Counted from the first letter of the stretch, positions 17,502-32,871 are shown. The stretch: DNA of 64,000 nucleotides from Paraspadella gotoi (GCA_051294375.1 JBJCIZ010000239.1:1630581-1694580); one strand, 5' to 3'. Notes: generated from the sequence alone by a model not told the origin. Program-made: numbers and translations.

Positions 17502-18194
17502 TCAATCAGCGGCGTCGACAGCAGCGGCGTCGACAGCAGCGGCGCCACCATCCTCCGCCTCCCCGACGCTCATGGGCTCCGCTTTGGACTTCTCAAGGTC
17601 GAGCGCCTCGACGTGACACTCGTATTCAATTCCCATCTCTTTCAGCGACGCCATCTTTTTCTCAAACTTCTTCCCGCGCCTCTTGGCGTTGGACGCCGCC
17701 CTCTGCGGCGTCTTCTCGGCGTTGTGCCGCTGCCGTGAGCTGCGCTGCGCCGTCGGCGGGCGGAAGGGACGATCGCAGTTTTTGAAAGTTTCGGGGTGGA
17801 CCCGATCGGGCGGGATGAACTCGCACTTGAGGATTTGCCGGAACATGAGGTAATTGTTCATGGTGTCGGCGGCGATCTTGGCCACCTCCTCGTGTTGGAA
17901 CTCGACGAAGGCGTAGCCCTTGGAACGGCCCGTCCGCTTTGAACGGGAGAGGCGGAGACGCGTGACGCGTCCGAATTGGGAGAAGAATCCGCGCATCTCC
18001 TTTTCGTAGAAGCCGTGGGGAACGTGACCGAGATAGACGACGCCGGGGATGTTGGATCCTTGAGAGGCGGCGCCGGCGCCCCGTTTGTGGGCGGCGACGC
18101 GGCGCTCAAAGTCCTCCTGGTCGTCGGGCTCGAGGGCTAAAAGGGACTCGGCGCCGGTCGGGGTCGGGCCGCCAGTTTTCTTCTTTTTAGGCAT
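17502..18194 (-). CDS. NIFK: Nucleolar RRM protein NIFK/MKI67IP (Nop15-like), intronless
   Basis: GVVYLGHVPHGFYEKEMRGFFSQFG...RLSRSKRTGRSKGYAFVEF...VAKIAADTMNNYLMF. Confidence 0.93.
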   Translation of the reverse strand: MPKKKKTGGPTPTGAESLLALEPDDQEDFERRVAAHKRGAGAASQGSNIPGVVYLGHVPHGFYEKEMRGFFSQFGRVTRLRLSRSKRTGRSKGYAFVEFQHEEVAKIAADTMNNYLMFRQILKCEFIPPDRVHPETFKNCDRPFRPPTAQRSSRQRHNAEKTPQRAASNAKRRGKKFEKKMASLKEMGIEYECHVEALDLEKSKAEPMSVGEAEDGGAAAVDAAAVDAAD

Positions 18195-18727
18195 TTTTGT
18201 CGTTTGTTTACTGTCTATTTCTTTACTTTTTAAAAGCAACGAAAAAACTAATTTTCCCGTTTGCCCTATTAAAAAATATGGAATTAAGACTAAATTACCG
18301 ATGGAACCGTTAGAAGCGATATATCTTCTTTGAAACCGAAAAAAAAATTAATGTCTATTAAGTTTCTTCTTAACAAAAAAAAATGAATTCTTACGTCGAA
18401 CGAAGTAAGAAAAAAAATGAGGAATGACAATGAATGAAGATCTTTATTTTTCTCAATAAACGAAGCGCCCGAAAAAAAAAAGGGAAACGCGCCGACGAGA
18501 AGAAGCGCCGCCCGAAGGCCAACGATGTGATTCCTCCCCCCTCCAAGAGATCGAAGACACAAAAAGGAAAAATAGTGAAGCGATGAGTTTAGACACGAAG
18601 AAATATTAAGATTTGATTTCGTCCTCGTCTTGAGAGAGAGAAAAAAAAGCATCGATTTGTCCAACGAACGTCGCTTGTTTTTTTTTTTCGCCAACACCCG
18701 AGTTTTTTTTTTTTTGTTTGGTCTCTA

Positions 18728-21016
<2,289 letters not shown>

Positions 21017-21323
21017 TGTGACTAGTTTTTTGGAATTCTCCGTTAGATAATTTTGAAACCAAATATCTGTAAAAGAAGATCCCAGTTTACAAAGACGCGT
21101 GGTAATCATTTAAATATTAAATAAACGTATGTATTGTGCGTAGGAAAAAATCGCTATAAAAGCGGCAATAACGATAAACATCAACGAATTTAACTAAAAG
21201 ATTTCAGAATCTAAAAAATCCGGTCAGACGATCATATTCAAATTATTGATTGTAGCGAAGAAATCCTGATAACCGCGTTAAAATCTCAATTTCAAAGACA
21301 ATGTCTTGAAGTTTGATATCACA

Positions 21324-22177
21324 TCACAGCTTGATATTTGGCAAAAGTTTGCAAGTAGCGAGAATGTCGACCGAATCTTCCATCCGGAAAAGATGATTTG
21401 ACAAATTTCGAAACAAATGCGACGTTTCCTGAGAGAAAATTAGCAAAGAAATGTTATTAATCTCGTGAAAAGTTCCTTAAAATGTTGCTTAATCAGTCGC
21501 AATTTTTTTTTTTTTTTTTTGCTTAGCACCTGAGTTAACTGCCTCGTTTTGGAAAACTGGTTGTGGATCGACTGAAGATCCGAGGTCGCGTTCCGCACGA
21601 GTCGACTCCAACTCCCCGTCAAATTCCGATTGAGACTTTGGTGAGTTTCGAAGAGTTTTTGATGGAGAACTGAGTCGACGAAGGTCCTCATCGTGGAGGA
21701 CCCACTCTCCGTTCGAGGGGATGTGTCGACGAGGGATTCCGGGCGAAGGCCTTGGGTGAATGACGGTTCGGAATCGGACTTTGTGAAGGAGTCTTTGTCG
21801 ACGTCGAGACCGGAAGAGGTCGAAATGGGCGTGGCCTCTTTCGCAAGTTCCTCCGTCTCGTCCTCCGATTCGGACGCTTCGCCGGATATCACTTGACTGT
21901 GGAGAGCAAAGGATAGAAGTCGCCATCTTCAAAACGTTATAACATGTTTAATCTTTCTACCCTACCCTATTTCCTCATCGTTAACGTGGACTTTTTCGTC
22001 CTCTTGGACTATGTATTCGTCTTCCTCCAAGAGGTCGCTGGCGTCACCGATGTCTTCCGACTTGACCGAGGACGCCGTCAACTTCCGCGGCGAGGCTTTG
22101 AGGAAATCCTCGTCAAATTCTTCGTCAGTCTTTGAATCTTCGCCGATAACGGCGTCGCCTCTCTCTTTATCGCTCAT
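21324..22177 (-). CDS. BLOC1S3: BLOC-1 subunit 3-like, 3 exons
   Basis: VISGEASESEDE motif, SVLHQKLFETHQSL coiled coil and C-terminal ...DILATCKLLPNIKL* as in Blos3 proteins. Confidence 0.8.
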
Positions 22178-22291
22178 CGATTTTTCAATGCTAAAATTAA
22201 AAGTAATTTAAAACGATAACCGATAACCAACTGATTGATTTATCAATGTATAAAATACAATAAAAAACAGGAAGACATTAGGAAAATTATT

Positions 22292-23125
22292 TCAAAGAAG
22301 GCAACAACTCTGCTCCCAACTAATTTCTGTCGACGCTCGACGATCTTCTTCTTCTTCTTCTTCTTCTTCTTCTTCTTCTTCTTCCTCGTCCCTCAACCGC
22401 CTTAACTCCTCCATCCTCGAGATGGCTTTGGCGGCCAAAAGTTTCATCTTCCGCTCCGCTTCTCTCTCTTCCTCGCTGGGCGCCGCCGCCGCTCCCGCTT
22501 CGCCGCCGCTCGCCGTCAGCGTCTCCTCCACGCCCCTCATGTAGAGTAGAAAAGCGTCTTCGAGTCGACCTTCGGAGTCGGCGTCCAGCGCCGCGGCGAA
22601 GACCAGGCGAGTAAGGCGAGACATGCCGCGCGGGTGAGCGGTCACGTCGAGGGGCGGCTCCGCGGCGTCGGCGGAACCGTCCAGGCTGAGCGACGTCCGT
22701 CGAGAGGAGATGGCGCGCCGATATTCGCCGCTCGCGTCGGCCTCTCGATCGTAATGTCGCGCGTCGTGATAAACGACGATGTAATCATCGATTATCAAAG
22801 ACTCTCCCCTGACGACCGGCGCGTCCTCCGACTCCAGATCCGCCTCTGCCCCAACTTCGTCGACGGCGTCGTCTAATTTGTCCCAACCGGCGTCATCCTC
22901 TTCGGCGGCGTCGCGATCTTTCAGTCTCGTGGCGCGTTCGCAGTAGAGCGCCGCTTTCGCCGCCAAGTCGGGGATATTGGAGCCGGATCTGGCGGCGCGG
23001 ATGAGCGCCTCGCCGGCGAGGGCGTAGTAGTGGATGGCGGAGGAGGTGAAGCCGCGCTCGTCGAAGTAGACCGCCTTGAGGGCGAAGAGGAACGCCTCCT
23101 TTTCCACGTCTACGAGGGAAGTCAT
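22292..23125 (-). CDS. Tandem MIT-domain protein resembling the calpain-7 N-terminus, ending in a CaaX-like box (SCCLL); intronless
   Basis: EKEAFLFALKAVYFDERG...AIHYYALAGEALIRA and LVFAAALDADSEGRLEDAFLLY...KMKLLAAKAISRMEEL parallel the two MIT repeats of CAPN7; no protease domain follows. Confidence 0.8.
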   Translation of the reverse strand: MTSLVDVEKEAFLFALKAVYFDERGFTSSAIHYYALAGEALIRAARSGSNIPDLAAKAALYCERATRLKDRDAAEEDDAGWDKLDDAVDEVGAEADLESEDAPVVRGESLIIDDYIVVYHDARHYDREADASGEYRRAISSRRTSLSLDGSADAAEPPLDVTAHPRGMSRLTRLVFAAALDADSEGRLEDAFLLYMRGVEETLTASGGEAGAAAAPSEEEREAERKMKLLAAKAISRMEELRRLRDEEEEEEEEEEEEEEDRRASTEISWEQSCCLL

Positions 23126-23707
23126 GTTTTTGTTCGTTTATTTTTTTGGTTTTTGTTCTGTTTTGTAGGTGTAAAACTCTACGTCTCACGGATTTTCGTT
23201 TAGTTCAGGCATCTTTTCAACGAAAAGCTCACTAACTTGGAACCCTTTCTCTCTGAAAAAGAAAGGGGATTTCTTTTTAATTTTGGAAGATTGGCAAAGC
23301 GGTAGACACATTCATTTCTTACTAATTCGAAAAAAAAGGGGTATAAAGATTGGGGTTTCAACGAGCTAATCAAAGTTTTTTTGAGAAAAAGAAAAAAAAA
23401 GGTAAAATTGGTATTTTAAAAAATAGTAGAACAAGCCGTGGCAAAATAAATGACAAAAAAAAAAAAAAAAAAAACCTGAACAATTATTAATGAAGCGGTC
23501 CTAAAGTTATTTCCTGCGATTTATCACAAACACAACAATTCCGACGAGCCTAAATAAACAAACAGTTTAATTTTTTTTTATTGACCTAAAGTACGTAACA
23601 AGTAACGAAAGAGCAAAAACGTTGCGCCGTCTTCGTCTTCATCGTTTTCTATTTTTAATGCACGGCCGATGCAACGAAGCCGGAGAAAAAGAGATTTCCA
23701 GATTTCG

Positions 23708-26700
23708 TCAATAGTTTCTCGATCGATCGTTGGACTGTTGTCCCGGTTGTTGTCCCGGTTGTTGTTGTTGTCGTTGTGGACCGCCGCCGTTGCGAGGGTC
23801 GAACGGGTCTCTCTGCGGTAAAAAGAATACAAGAAATGATTATTTAATTATATGACAATTAAACTATCATTCTAAACGCCGAACCTGTGGAGGGGCGCTG
23901 CCTTCTCGCAATTGCTTCTTCCTCCTCTTGCTCCATAACTCGTGACAATCCTGGTGCTTCGGCAAATTAGGGGCGTGAACTCTGGAAGAGAAGAGTAAAA
24001 GTATTCAATATCTGGTAAGGACTGAAGAATGAGTGCCTTTGAGTCGGGCAGCAGGGCGTCAACTAGCCCAGAGTCACTACACTGTTATATTATATCAAGA
24101 AAGAAACATAATAGATCAGTAGCCACAGGTTAGTGAGCACAAAGGGATCACTAAGAAAACACGAAGAAGTACCCAACACCTCTGCTGGGAGTGGTCTTTT
24201 CATACAATTGAAACATTCTTTGAAATATTTTCCACTTCATTGATAGGGAAGCCAGGTACTCTGGGAGTGAATAAACGAGTCTGTGTGAGAGTCTTGATTG
24301 AAAGCTTGCAGGCACCTGCTATGTCATTATCTTATAAGAGTGATGGAGGCCTTAAACCACCAAAGCCTGTCCAAAGTCAGGGGCAAGATAGCTTATTTAT
24401 TAAATGAATGGATAATTTTCATATTGGTTGTACCAATTTCATAATATAAAATATAAAATATTAATCATTAACTCATGAGAGCTGAGGGGAGAAAAGTGTA
24501 ATGAATCAATTACATAATTATCAATGGCGAATAAAAGAATAATCAATGAATCTTCATTTAAATAAGACAACCATTAGAATCTCTGGCGAAGAGAACCTCG
24601 CATCATCGGAACAAAAAATTTGACTTTTATTTACGACAATAACTGATTTTTTTTTTCGAAACGTTGTTTCCCAAATCAGATCAACATAAAAAGAAGAAAA
24701 TACAATATAAAATATAATATAAAATGATAACAAAAGAAATCACCTGGATACGTCTAAATTTCTGAGCCACGAAGAGTTGAGGGATTCCTCAGCGGAGCAC
24801 CTCCTCTCCGGATCGAGCGTCAACATCTTGTCCATGAGCGCCAGCGCGTTTTCGGGGATGAAGGGGGAGAACTCTTCTCGAACGCGTCGTCGATAACTCT
24901 TCTTTGGCTTCACTGGAAAGATGGAATGCGCGGGTTTGATCGATTATTACAATTATTAAATGCAGCATCCTTTTGATAGTTACCCGTGTGAAAGAGGGGC
25001 AATTTGATAACCTCCGGCCAGACGGCCGGAGAAGGTGACCCGCAAATCCGCGAGATCAGCTCGAGTTGAGCTATTTCCGAATTGGCTTGGAAGATGGGCT
25101 GAGAAAAAAAGGCGAGAACAGTTGGCCGATTTGGTCAAAACGTGTTTTATCGGAGGCTCGTCAATTAAAAATTGAGACGTTGAAATAACGCTAATACAAA
25201 AATACGAATACGAAATTTCTTGGAAATGAGATTAAATAATTATCCTAATTAAACTCTCTTATAGACTTACCTTGCGGACGAAGAGTTCGCCAAGAATGCA
25301 GCCCATGCTCCACACGTCCACCGACGTTCCGTATCTCTCTTCGCCAAGCAGGAGCTCGGGCGGGCGGTACCAAAGCGTGATTACCTTAATTTAATATACA
25401 AAATACTCATACGAAAATCGTTAAAAAAATTTAGAAATGAACGCTTTAAATATGTAATTAATGTACCCTTTTAAGCTTACTGGTTTATATCAAAAGATGC
25501 AAGTTTAGTAACGAGGTAATGAGAACGCTTAATGCAATCCCAATATAAGCAATTTTCTCGAGAGGATTTTAAAAATTTATATTATTTTTCAAATTTTTAA
25601 TAAAAACTTTCCAACAAAAAAATATAAGTCTGTAACAGTAAAACCAAAGTCTAAACCACGTAATATTTATAAAGAAATAACTCGATATAAGCAAAAAGTT
25701 AAAAAATCATAAAATCGAGTTTTAAGCATATTACTTCATTATGTAAATGAATTTAGGAACTTCCTAAAATTTCTCTGTTGCAGTAAAATTCCTCCCCCCC
25801 CCTCCACCGGCCAAACGCAAACCTTGTTCGTGTACGGCCTGAGCTTGTCCTCGCTGTTAAAAAGCCGGGCGAGCCCAAAGTCGGCAAGCTTGGCCTGTCC
25901 GGCGTTGTTCATGAGAATGTTGGAACACTTGATGTCGCGGTGGAGAAAGTTTTTGCGGTGACAGTAGGCGAGGCCCTCGAGGAGTTGACGCATGATGCTG
26001 GCGATGTGCTCCTCGGTGAACTCGACCATGCCGGATTCCAAGAGGCCCATGAGGTCGTGGTCCATGTATTCGAAGACGAGGTAGAAGGAGCCCCGATCCT
26101 TCTTGAAGTCGAGCGCGTTCCGCTTGTCCGTGCAAATCTCCTTGAGGTTGACGATGGAGCGATGGTTGAGCTGGCGGAGGATCTTGATCTCGCGGACTGC
26201 GGTGATGGGGAAGCCCTCCTTTTCGTTTTCCAAGCGGACCTGGGGGGGGGGAACGATGATTGTGTTGTATACTAGATGATCCCTATATTTTCAGAAGACA
26301 ACACTAACCTCCTCCTATCTCCCCCTTAAATATTCCACAAATAATATTTAACAATTTAATCGGGTGGAAACTTAAAATGTTTTTTTCTTTAATCAAAATA
26401 ACTTCATTACTTCAATAAAATTATAATTAGGCGTTTTCTGATAATTAAAAACATTTTCTTTAAATCCCCTTCAAATCCGGCCAACCTTCCCATCCCCTTC
26501 AAACCCCAACAAAATCGCCCCAGCCTTTTCCACAACCTTCTTGAGAGCGACGAGCTCCTCGACGCCCTCGTTGACGACCTTGGCCTTGTAGACCTGACCG
26601 TAGGTGCCCTCGCCGATCTGGGCGATGATGTCGAACTCCTCCACGCAGCGATCGCCCCACGTGAGGCGCGGGTGGAGCGCCCGTCGCTCCATCAGTTTCT

Positions 26701-28859
26701 GGGGTTTGTACTCGTCGTCGCGATTTCGACGCCCGCCCTTGGGGAGAGTAATAATTACAAATTAATTATTATATTAAATATAAGTTTTACTTCCTAAAGC
26801 CTCATTGAAGGTTTCTTGCCTCCCCCTCAATTTTGAGTCGAGTGTGTTTGTATAATTTATGTATGTATTTGTATGTAGAAAAATTCAAAGTAAACTTGTT
26901 GAATTAATAATGCTCTTTATTAAAGAGACTTTAGTCATTTATGAAAAAATCTAAAATCATTATTTTGTTCAATGTTTCTTCTTCGATTCTCACATGAGAC
27001 GAGTCGTTCTCGGGAGGCGGACTCAGATCGTCCTCGTCCCTCCCGACGGGGGGCATCGGCAGATCGTGGATTCTAGAACGCCTCTTGTGGTTGGCGGCGT
27101 ATCTATCTCCGCCGCCGCCGCCGCCGCCGCCGTCGCGATGCGAGTCCGACTTGGACGGAGTCATATGAGCCGAAGTCTCCTGCTGAAGCTGCGTTTGATC
27201 TTGGTGATGCTGTGGGGGAAGAGAGAACGCATCCGGTTTACAATTTGTTCATTTATGAGAGAAGATTATCAGTATCAATTACATGGAAAGCCTCACTTAC
27301 CTCGTAGCCTCGGTAAGGACTCTGCGTCTTTCCATTGGCTCCGACCTCGACGCGTTTGGCCGACAGGGATTGGTGATGATAGTCCACATGCGTCGGGATC
27401 TGTTGCTGCGGCTGCTGCTGCAAATGCGGTGCCGCCGGAGCGAGCTGCTGCAGCGGGGGCTGCTGATGAGGCGGAAGATGATGGAGCAGGTTGGGCGGCG
27501 GCTGAGCGACGTTGGGAAATCCCGTTGCGGCAGCCACCCTGCTCAGCAGCTCTTGCTGCTCCTTGGGCAGCAGCGGCTGAGGCGGCATGCCGGGCGGATG
27601 GGGAGGAACGGAGGGGGGCGTGGGGACGACGACGACGGCGGCAGGGGGTGGCGCCGAGGCTTCGTAAGGCACCTGAGTCGGCGGCAGAGGAACTGGCGGC
27701 GGCGGCCGTGACTCTCGGTTCGAATAGGAACCGAGGTATCGCGGAGAATCGGAGGGCGCGTTGTTAGACGTGTGGGCGCGTCCGCCGTACGAGTTTCGCG
27801 AAGGAACCGACTCGTCGCGATGCAGGGGCTCGTCTCGACCACGCGGACCCCCGCCGCGATCGCGAAAACCGCCACCGCCGGAAGTGGGCGTGCCCGTGGA
27901 TTTTCCCCATCGACGATTAATCTCGCCCCCAAGAGTGGTGGCATATCTGGCACTACCTGCAAGGCGGAAATAGAGAAAGACGTAATCGAGTACACTACCA
28001 GACTGAATTGTGAATTACTCGTCAATCTCATTTGCATATTGTCGTGATTTTATTAAGCAGTAATATATTTTTATTTTGCTACTTTTGTCATTGTTTATTA
28101 ATTTTCTGTACAAGTGATTCAATTAAGATATATATATATAATATATATATATATAAATTCAATGACTTGATTATTAAATTACTAAAATTTTACTCGGTAG
28201 CATCTATCCCATGCTTCGCCAACAGAAATCGCGCGACAAATCATCCCAAACGTTAAACCTTTCTCTCTCTTTTCCCTTTCCCTCGTTTCCCTCGTTTCCA
28301 GTTGCTCTTTCTTTTCTTGCGAACTCGACGACGGAGACTGAGCGGCGCCGAAACCGCGAGACGATCGACTCAAATCTTGAAACTCACCCAGGGGATCCCC
28401 GGTCTTCTTCGTGATTTGTTTCACGAATTTTCGAGGCGACATTGACGAACTTCGAGACCTGAAAAGCGAAACGATAATGGTGATGTAAAGAAGAAAATAA
28501 TAATAATAATAATAATAATAGCAACCAATAAGTAAATGGCCCTGTGAAACAGAGTGGACACTGGACATCTCAGTCAAGCCTGCCCCTCATGACGCCAAAA
28601 CACAACGAAAAATTAAAATTGTATTCACGCTCAATAAATACCGTTTATGATTTTTAACGCTTATTAGTATTACTTCTCATCAAACCTAACTAGTAACTAA
28701 TGTATGTATGTTTCCTCTCAATAACTAATCCCATATCCGCCACCTACCTCGAACGCCGCCTCTGCTCGCGTTCCCTCGCGTACGGCGACGCTTGACGCCG
28801 TTCCCTCGATCCGCTCCTCGAGCGGCGCCGATCGCTTTTCCGGTGATGACCGGCGCCTC

Positions 28860-28890
<31 letters not shown>

Positions 28891-29940
28891 GGAAGACGAT
28901 CCCGGCGGCGGCGACCGGCTGCGGCTGCGTCCGCGTGGTCGTTTCCTCGGCGAATGAGAATAGAGATCAGACTCGACTCCGCCTCCGCTGCCGCCGCCGC
29001 CGCCGAGACCCTCGACGCGATACGCCATCGGCGACTCCGTTTCCGGCGTCAGCGTCCGCTCCTTCCGCTTCTGCTTCCGGCCTTTGGCGTCGAAATCGTC
29101 CCTAGGTACGGGAGCGGCGGATGAGGAGGAAGCGTCCCGCGAGGGAGATCGTCGACGAGCGAGTTGGTGATGGGAAGGATGGGCGGCGATGGGCGGACCG
29201 CGCGTGGAGAAAGGCGGGGCGGCGGGAGAGGAGGAAAGAACTTCGCGATAGGGAGCCGCCGCAGCGGAAGAGTGGCGCGCGTGTTTACCGCCGACCGGGG
29301 TAGAGTCCGGCGTTTGGGAGGGTCGGGGACGCGGAGTCGGATAGCGGGAAGACGACGGCGAAGGCGGACGAGCTGCTCGCGAAGGGGTCGGGGACGGATG
29401 GTGGGCGGCGGACCGGGGCGGGGTCCGGGGGCCGCGGTGGCGCGGGGAGACGCTTCCGGCGAAAATGACGTCGTCCGACGGCGTCCGCGGATGGGAAAAG
29501 TCAGATTGGGAGGAGAGTTCGTCGACGTCGTAGGCGGGAACTAGACTCTTGGGAGGTGGTGGGTGATTGCCCTAAGAACAGAGAAAAAAAGATGACAAAG
29601 AAGGAATATGAATAAAAATGAATATGAATGTGAATATGAATAGGATTATGAATAAAAATGATTTCTTTTTCAACTCCGTAATCTGTTGAACTAAGTACAA
29701 ATTAAATAGAGGAAAAAAAGAATAATTTTTTTTCCTCTTTTCGCTCACCGAATCGCTCCTGTGCTTTTTCTTCTTCTTGTCCTTCTTCTTTTTCTTCTTC
29801 TTGTGCGGCTCCTCGGCGGGTCCCCCCTCCCCGTCCCGGCGCGCGGAAGCGGCGTCTCCGCCTCGCGCCTCCCTCGAGTGGCCCGTCGAGTCCCGCTGCG
29901 GCGCTGAACCCGGGATACGCGAAATTCCCGAAACGTTCAT
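23708..29940 (-). CDS. CDK12: Cyclin-dependent kinase 12/13, ~12 exons, RS/Pro-rich N-terminus
   Basis: [70 protein letters not shown]|[30 protein letters not shown]. Confidence 0.96.
24193..24444 (+). mobile_element. Dispersed repeat family A, intronic copy 2 (may extend left to ~24030)
   Basis: Near-identical to 15576-15827. Confidence 0.85.
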
Positions 29941-30301
29941 TGGCGGCGGGAGAGAGAGGGGGGGCGGGACTCGGGTCTTCTTCACGGGGGGGAGAGAGCG
30001 AGAGGGGGCCGACGATCGAAATCTCACACACAAATCCGAAAAAAAATTCACTTCAATCGTTCCACTAAACAAAATCCGAAATTACCCTTTTTTTTTCTTC
30101 TTCTTCAAACAACGAAGCAAAGTCACCTTAAGAAGCTACTGGAAATAATTAATAAAGTAACCGTGGTAAAAAAAAAAATGAAGCTAATGAATCGCGTAAA
30201 AAAATACACTGGTTTTATTTAAAAAAAAAAAAAGAAAAAAAGGAAGAAAATCAACGATGGGAGCGAAGAAGTAAAGGGAAGTATTACTCAAAGAACTACA
30301 A

Positions 30302-32293
30302 CTAGTTGTCCACTAACTGCGGTCGCCGAACCATCTTCGACTCGAGTTCCTTCGCCGCCGCGGCGTTCTTGTGCGCCCTGACAATTCCAGCCGGCGTCAG
30401 CTCCGCCTCGTTGACGGCGCCGGAGGATCCGTCGTCCGCGCCGCAAGCGAAACGCGGATCGTCAGTAACTTCTGCGCCGTAGGCCGCCATCCAGAAACCC
30501 ATGGAGACGTCCTCGCCCTGATAGCGCCGTAAAGACCGGGCGTTGGAAGCGAGCCAGGCCAGGGCATCGCCGGAGACGCCGTAAGTAGCTCCGCAGGCGA
30601 AAGGTGGGTAACCGTTTCCCTGATAAAAGGACTCAGCCCATTTGCCGTGACGCATGACGGCCCAGTCGCGGCGAAAGCGGCCGAGCCACAGCCGGTGCGG
30701 GGCAGCAGCGGCGTAGGCGGCTTCGAGCAATTCGTAGTCGGCGAGAAGTCGTCGCAATGCATCCACGCGTAGGAACACGTCGTCGTCAACTTTGAGGAAG
30801 AAGCCGACGTCGAATTCGGAAGATAATCGCGACGCCGTCGCGAGGAGTTTGTCGGGAAGACGAGCGTAAGTGTCGAGGAGCTCAACCTCCAACAAGTCGT
30901 CAAACTCGGCCGATTCTTTGGCGATTCTCTTCGTCTCATCGTCCAATTCCGCACGACGAATTTCCGAGCGCGACGCCGCGTCCTCCAGGCGTTGATCCAG
31001 AGCCTCGGCGTCGATTTTGAACCGGAAAGAAACCGGAAACGCGTCGGCGCCATCGGCCTCGCCGAGGAAAGACGTAGCGACTTCGTCGAAGCCATCGGCG
31101 TCGCGAACGGCGACTCGAGTGAAGGAGAAGACGGTGCCGTTTGCGCTTTGGAATGTAAACCGGCGCCATCGACGCCGGGGAAAGTGTGGAGACCAAGGGA
31201 AACAGACGGCGTGGTCGCCCTCGACGGCGCTGAGCGCGAAGTAACCCTGAAAGTCGGATTTGAGTGCGAAGGGAGAAATTGAAATGTAGCGGAAACCTTT
31301 GAACGTCTCCGTGGATTTATCGAAGTCGTGGACGGATATCAAAACGTTGCCGGTCGCGGAGTCTACGAGCGTTAAGCGAAGGCGAACGTCTGGTAATTCT
31401 AAAGTATTGACAGAAGGACTGTTCATTCGTTTTCTACAAGCCTCTTTTCTAAACCATATTTGCATATTATTTATATATCAGATATATCAGATATTAAATA
31501 TAAATTATTAAATATCATATAATATCAACTCTCCCCCGCCCAACCTTTTAAAATTCCCCAACTGACCGAGGATCCCGATTCGATCGACGAGGATTCCTTC
31601 GTGGACGCGAAAGTCGACGCGAATCTCGAAGAAGGCGTCGCGCGGACAAAAGAGTTGGGAGGACGAGGAGTCTACCTTCTCCTCTTCCTCCCGATGGACC
31701 GCGAAGAGAGGACGATGGAAGACCGACGAAGACGACAAGCGAGGCCGACAACCGCCGAAACTGTCGGTCGGATGCAGGGGGCACGAGCGAGTTCCGAGAA
31801 TAAACTTTACCAACACCTGAATAGGAAAATAGGAAAAGGAGAAAGATAAAGCGACGCGATGGTGGGTTTTGATAGGGTTAGGGTTTTTTATCATTGTCAG
31901 CATTGGCGTTAGCCGTAGTCGGTTATATATGAAAATTTTCATCGAAAATTCTCTTAGTATTATCCGAAATAGTCTTTAAATTTTTTTGTTAAAAAAGATA
32001 TCTCAGAAAATTGTTTGGGCGTATTCGATGCGAATTAATTAACAATATACATAAATCACCTTAATACCACTCCCATCGAAGCTCCGTTTCAAGTCATAGA
32101 GCCAAGTTCGACGAATGGCGCTCCGGTGATCGAAGTGATCGCGGGCGGAGAAAATCCCGATGACTAGAGGAATCGATTGTCGAGGAGGAGGAAGGAAAAA
32201 GTCGGTGAAAGGCAAGAGGGTGAGCAGAGGAAGAAGGAGGATCGCAGCAGCGACGACGACGTAGTTGATAGACGGCGAAGTCGACGCCATCAT
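30302..32293 (-). CDS. B3GALNT2: Beta-1,3-N-acetylgalactosaminyltransferase 2-like (GT31), ~3 exons
   Basis: Type II TM anchor, LVIGIFSARDHFDHRSAIRRTW, VKFILGTRSCPLHP, DTYARLPDKL, LKVDDDVF, GKWAE...YPPFACG, YQGEDVSMGFW. Confidence 0.85.
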
Positions 32294-32346
32294 CGTGGAA
32301 CGGGAAATGGGGGGGGGGAAAGTGGGGCGTGCCTTGCCGGGCTTTT

Positions 32347-32871
32347 TCAGCCAGAGTCGGTGCCGTTGGCGAGGCGCGCGTTGAGCTCCGCGTAGATGTA
32401 GATGTTGGCGCAGATGCAGAGGAGGAAGAGTGCGAAGGCGTTGTAGTAGATCAAGGTGCGGAATTTGGGCTCCAAGTCGCCCTGGGAATGGGAAGAGGGT
32501 AAGGGGAGAGGGTAAGGGGAAAGCTGGAAACCTGTCTCGCGGTTCTTTGATCGCACCTGTCGATACCAATACATCAGAGTCACGTGCGACATCAACATGA
32601 GCAGAGCGACGATGGAGAGAAATACGTTTATTCCGTTCGGAGGCCAACTGAATAAGATTTGAAGAAATTAGTAGAAATGTATTTAAATTTAATCAAAATA
32701 AATCCCGAAAAACCTGACTGCGAATGACTCTATAAGCGTGATGAATACGAAGAGGCCGGTGAGACCTCCGACGATCATGTTGAGCATCTTATCCCGCGGC
32801 GTCGATTCGCCGAAGAGTGGCCGGTCGGTGATCTCCTGATAGTCGTAGCGTCCCGCGCCATTTCCGGCCAT
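32347..32871 (-). CDS. TMEM243: Transmembrane protein 243, 3 exons
   Basis: DRPLFGESTPRDKMLNMIVGGLT and YWYRQ|GDLEPKFRTLIYY...LCICANIY match the TMEM243 family. Confidence 0.9.
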
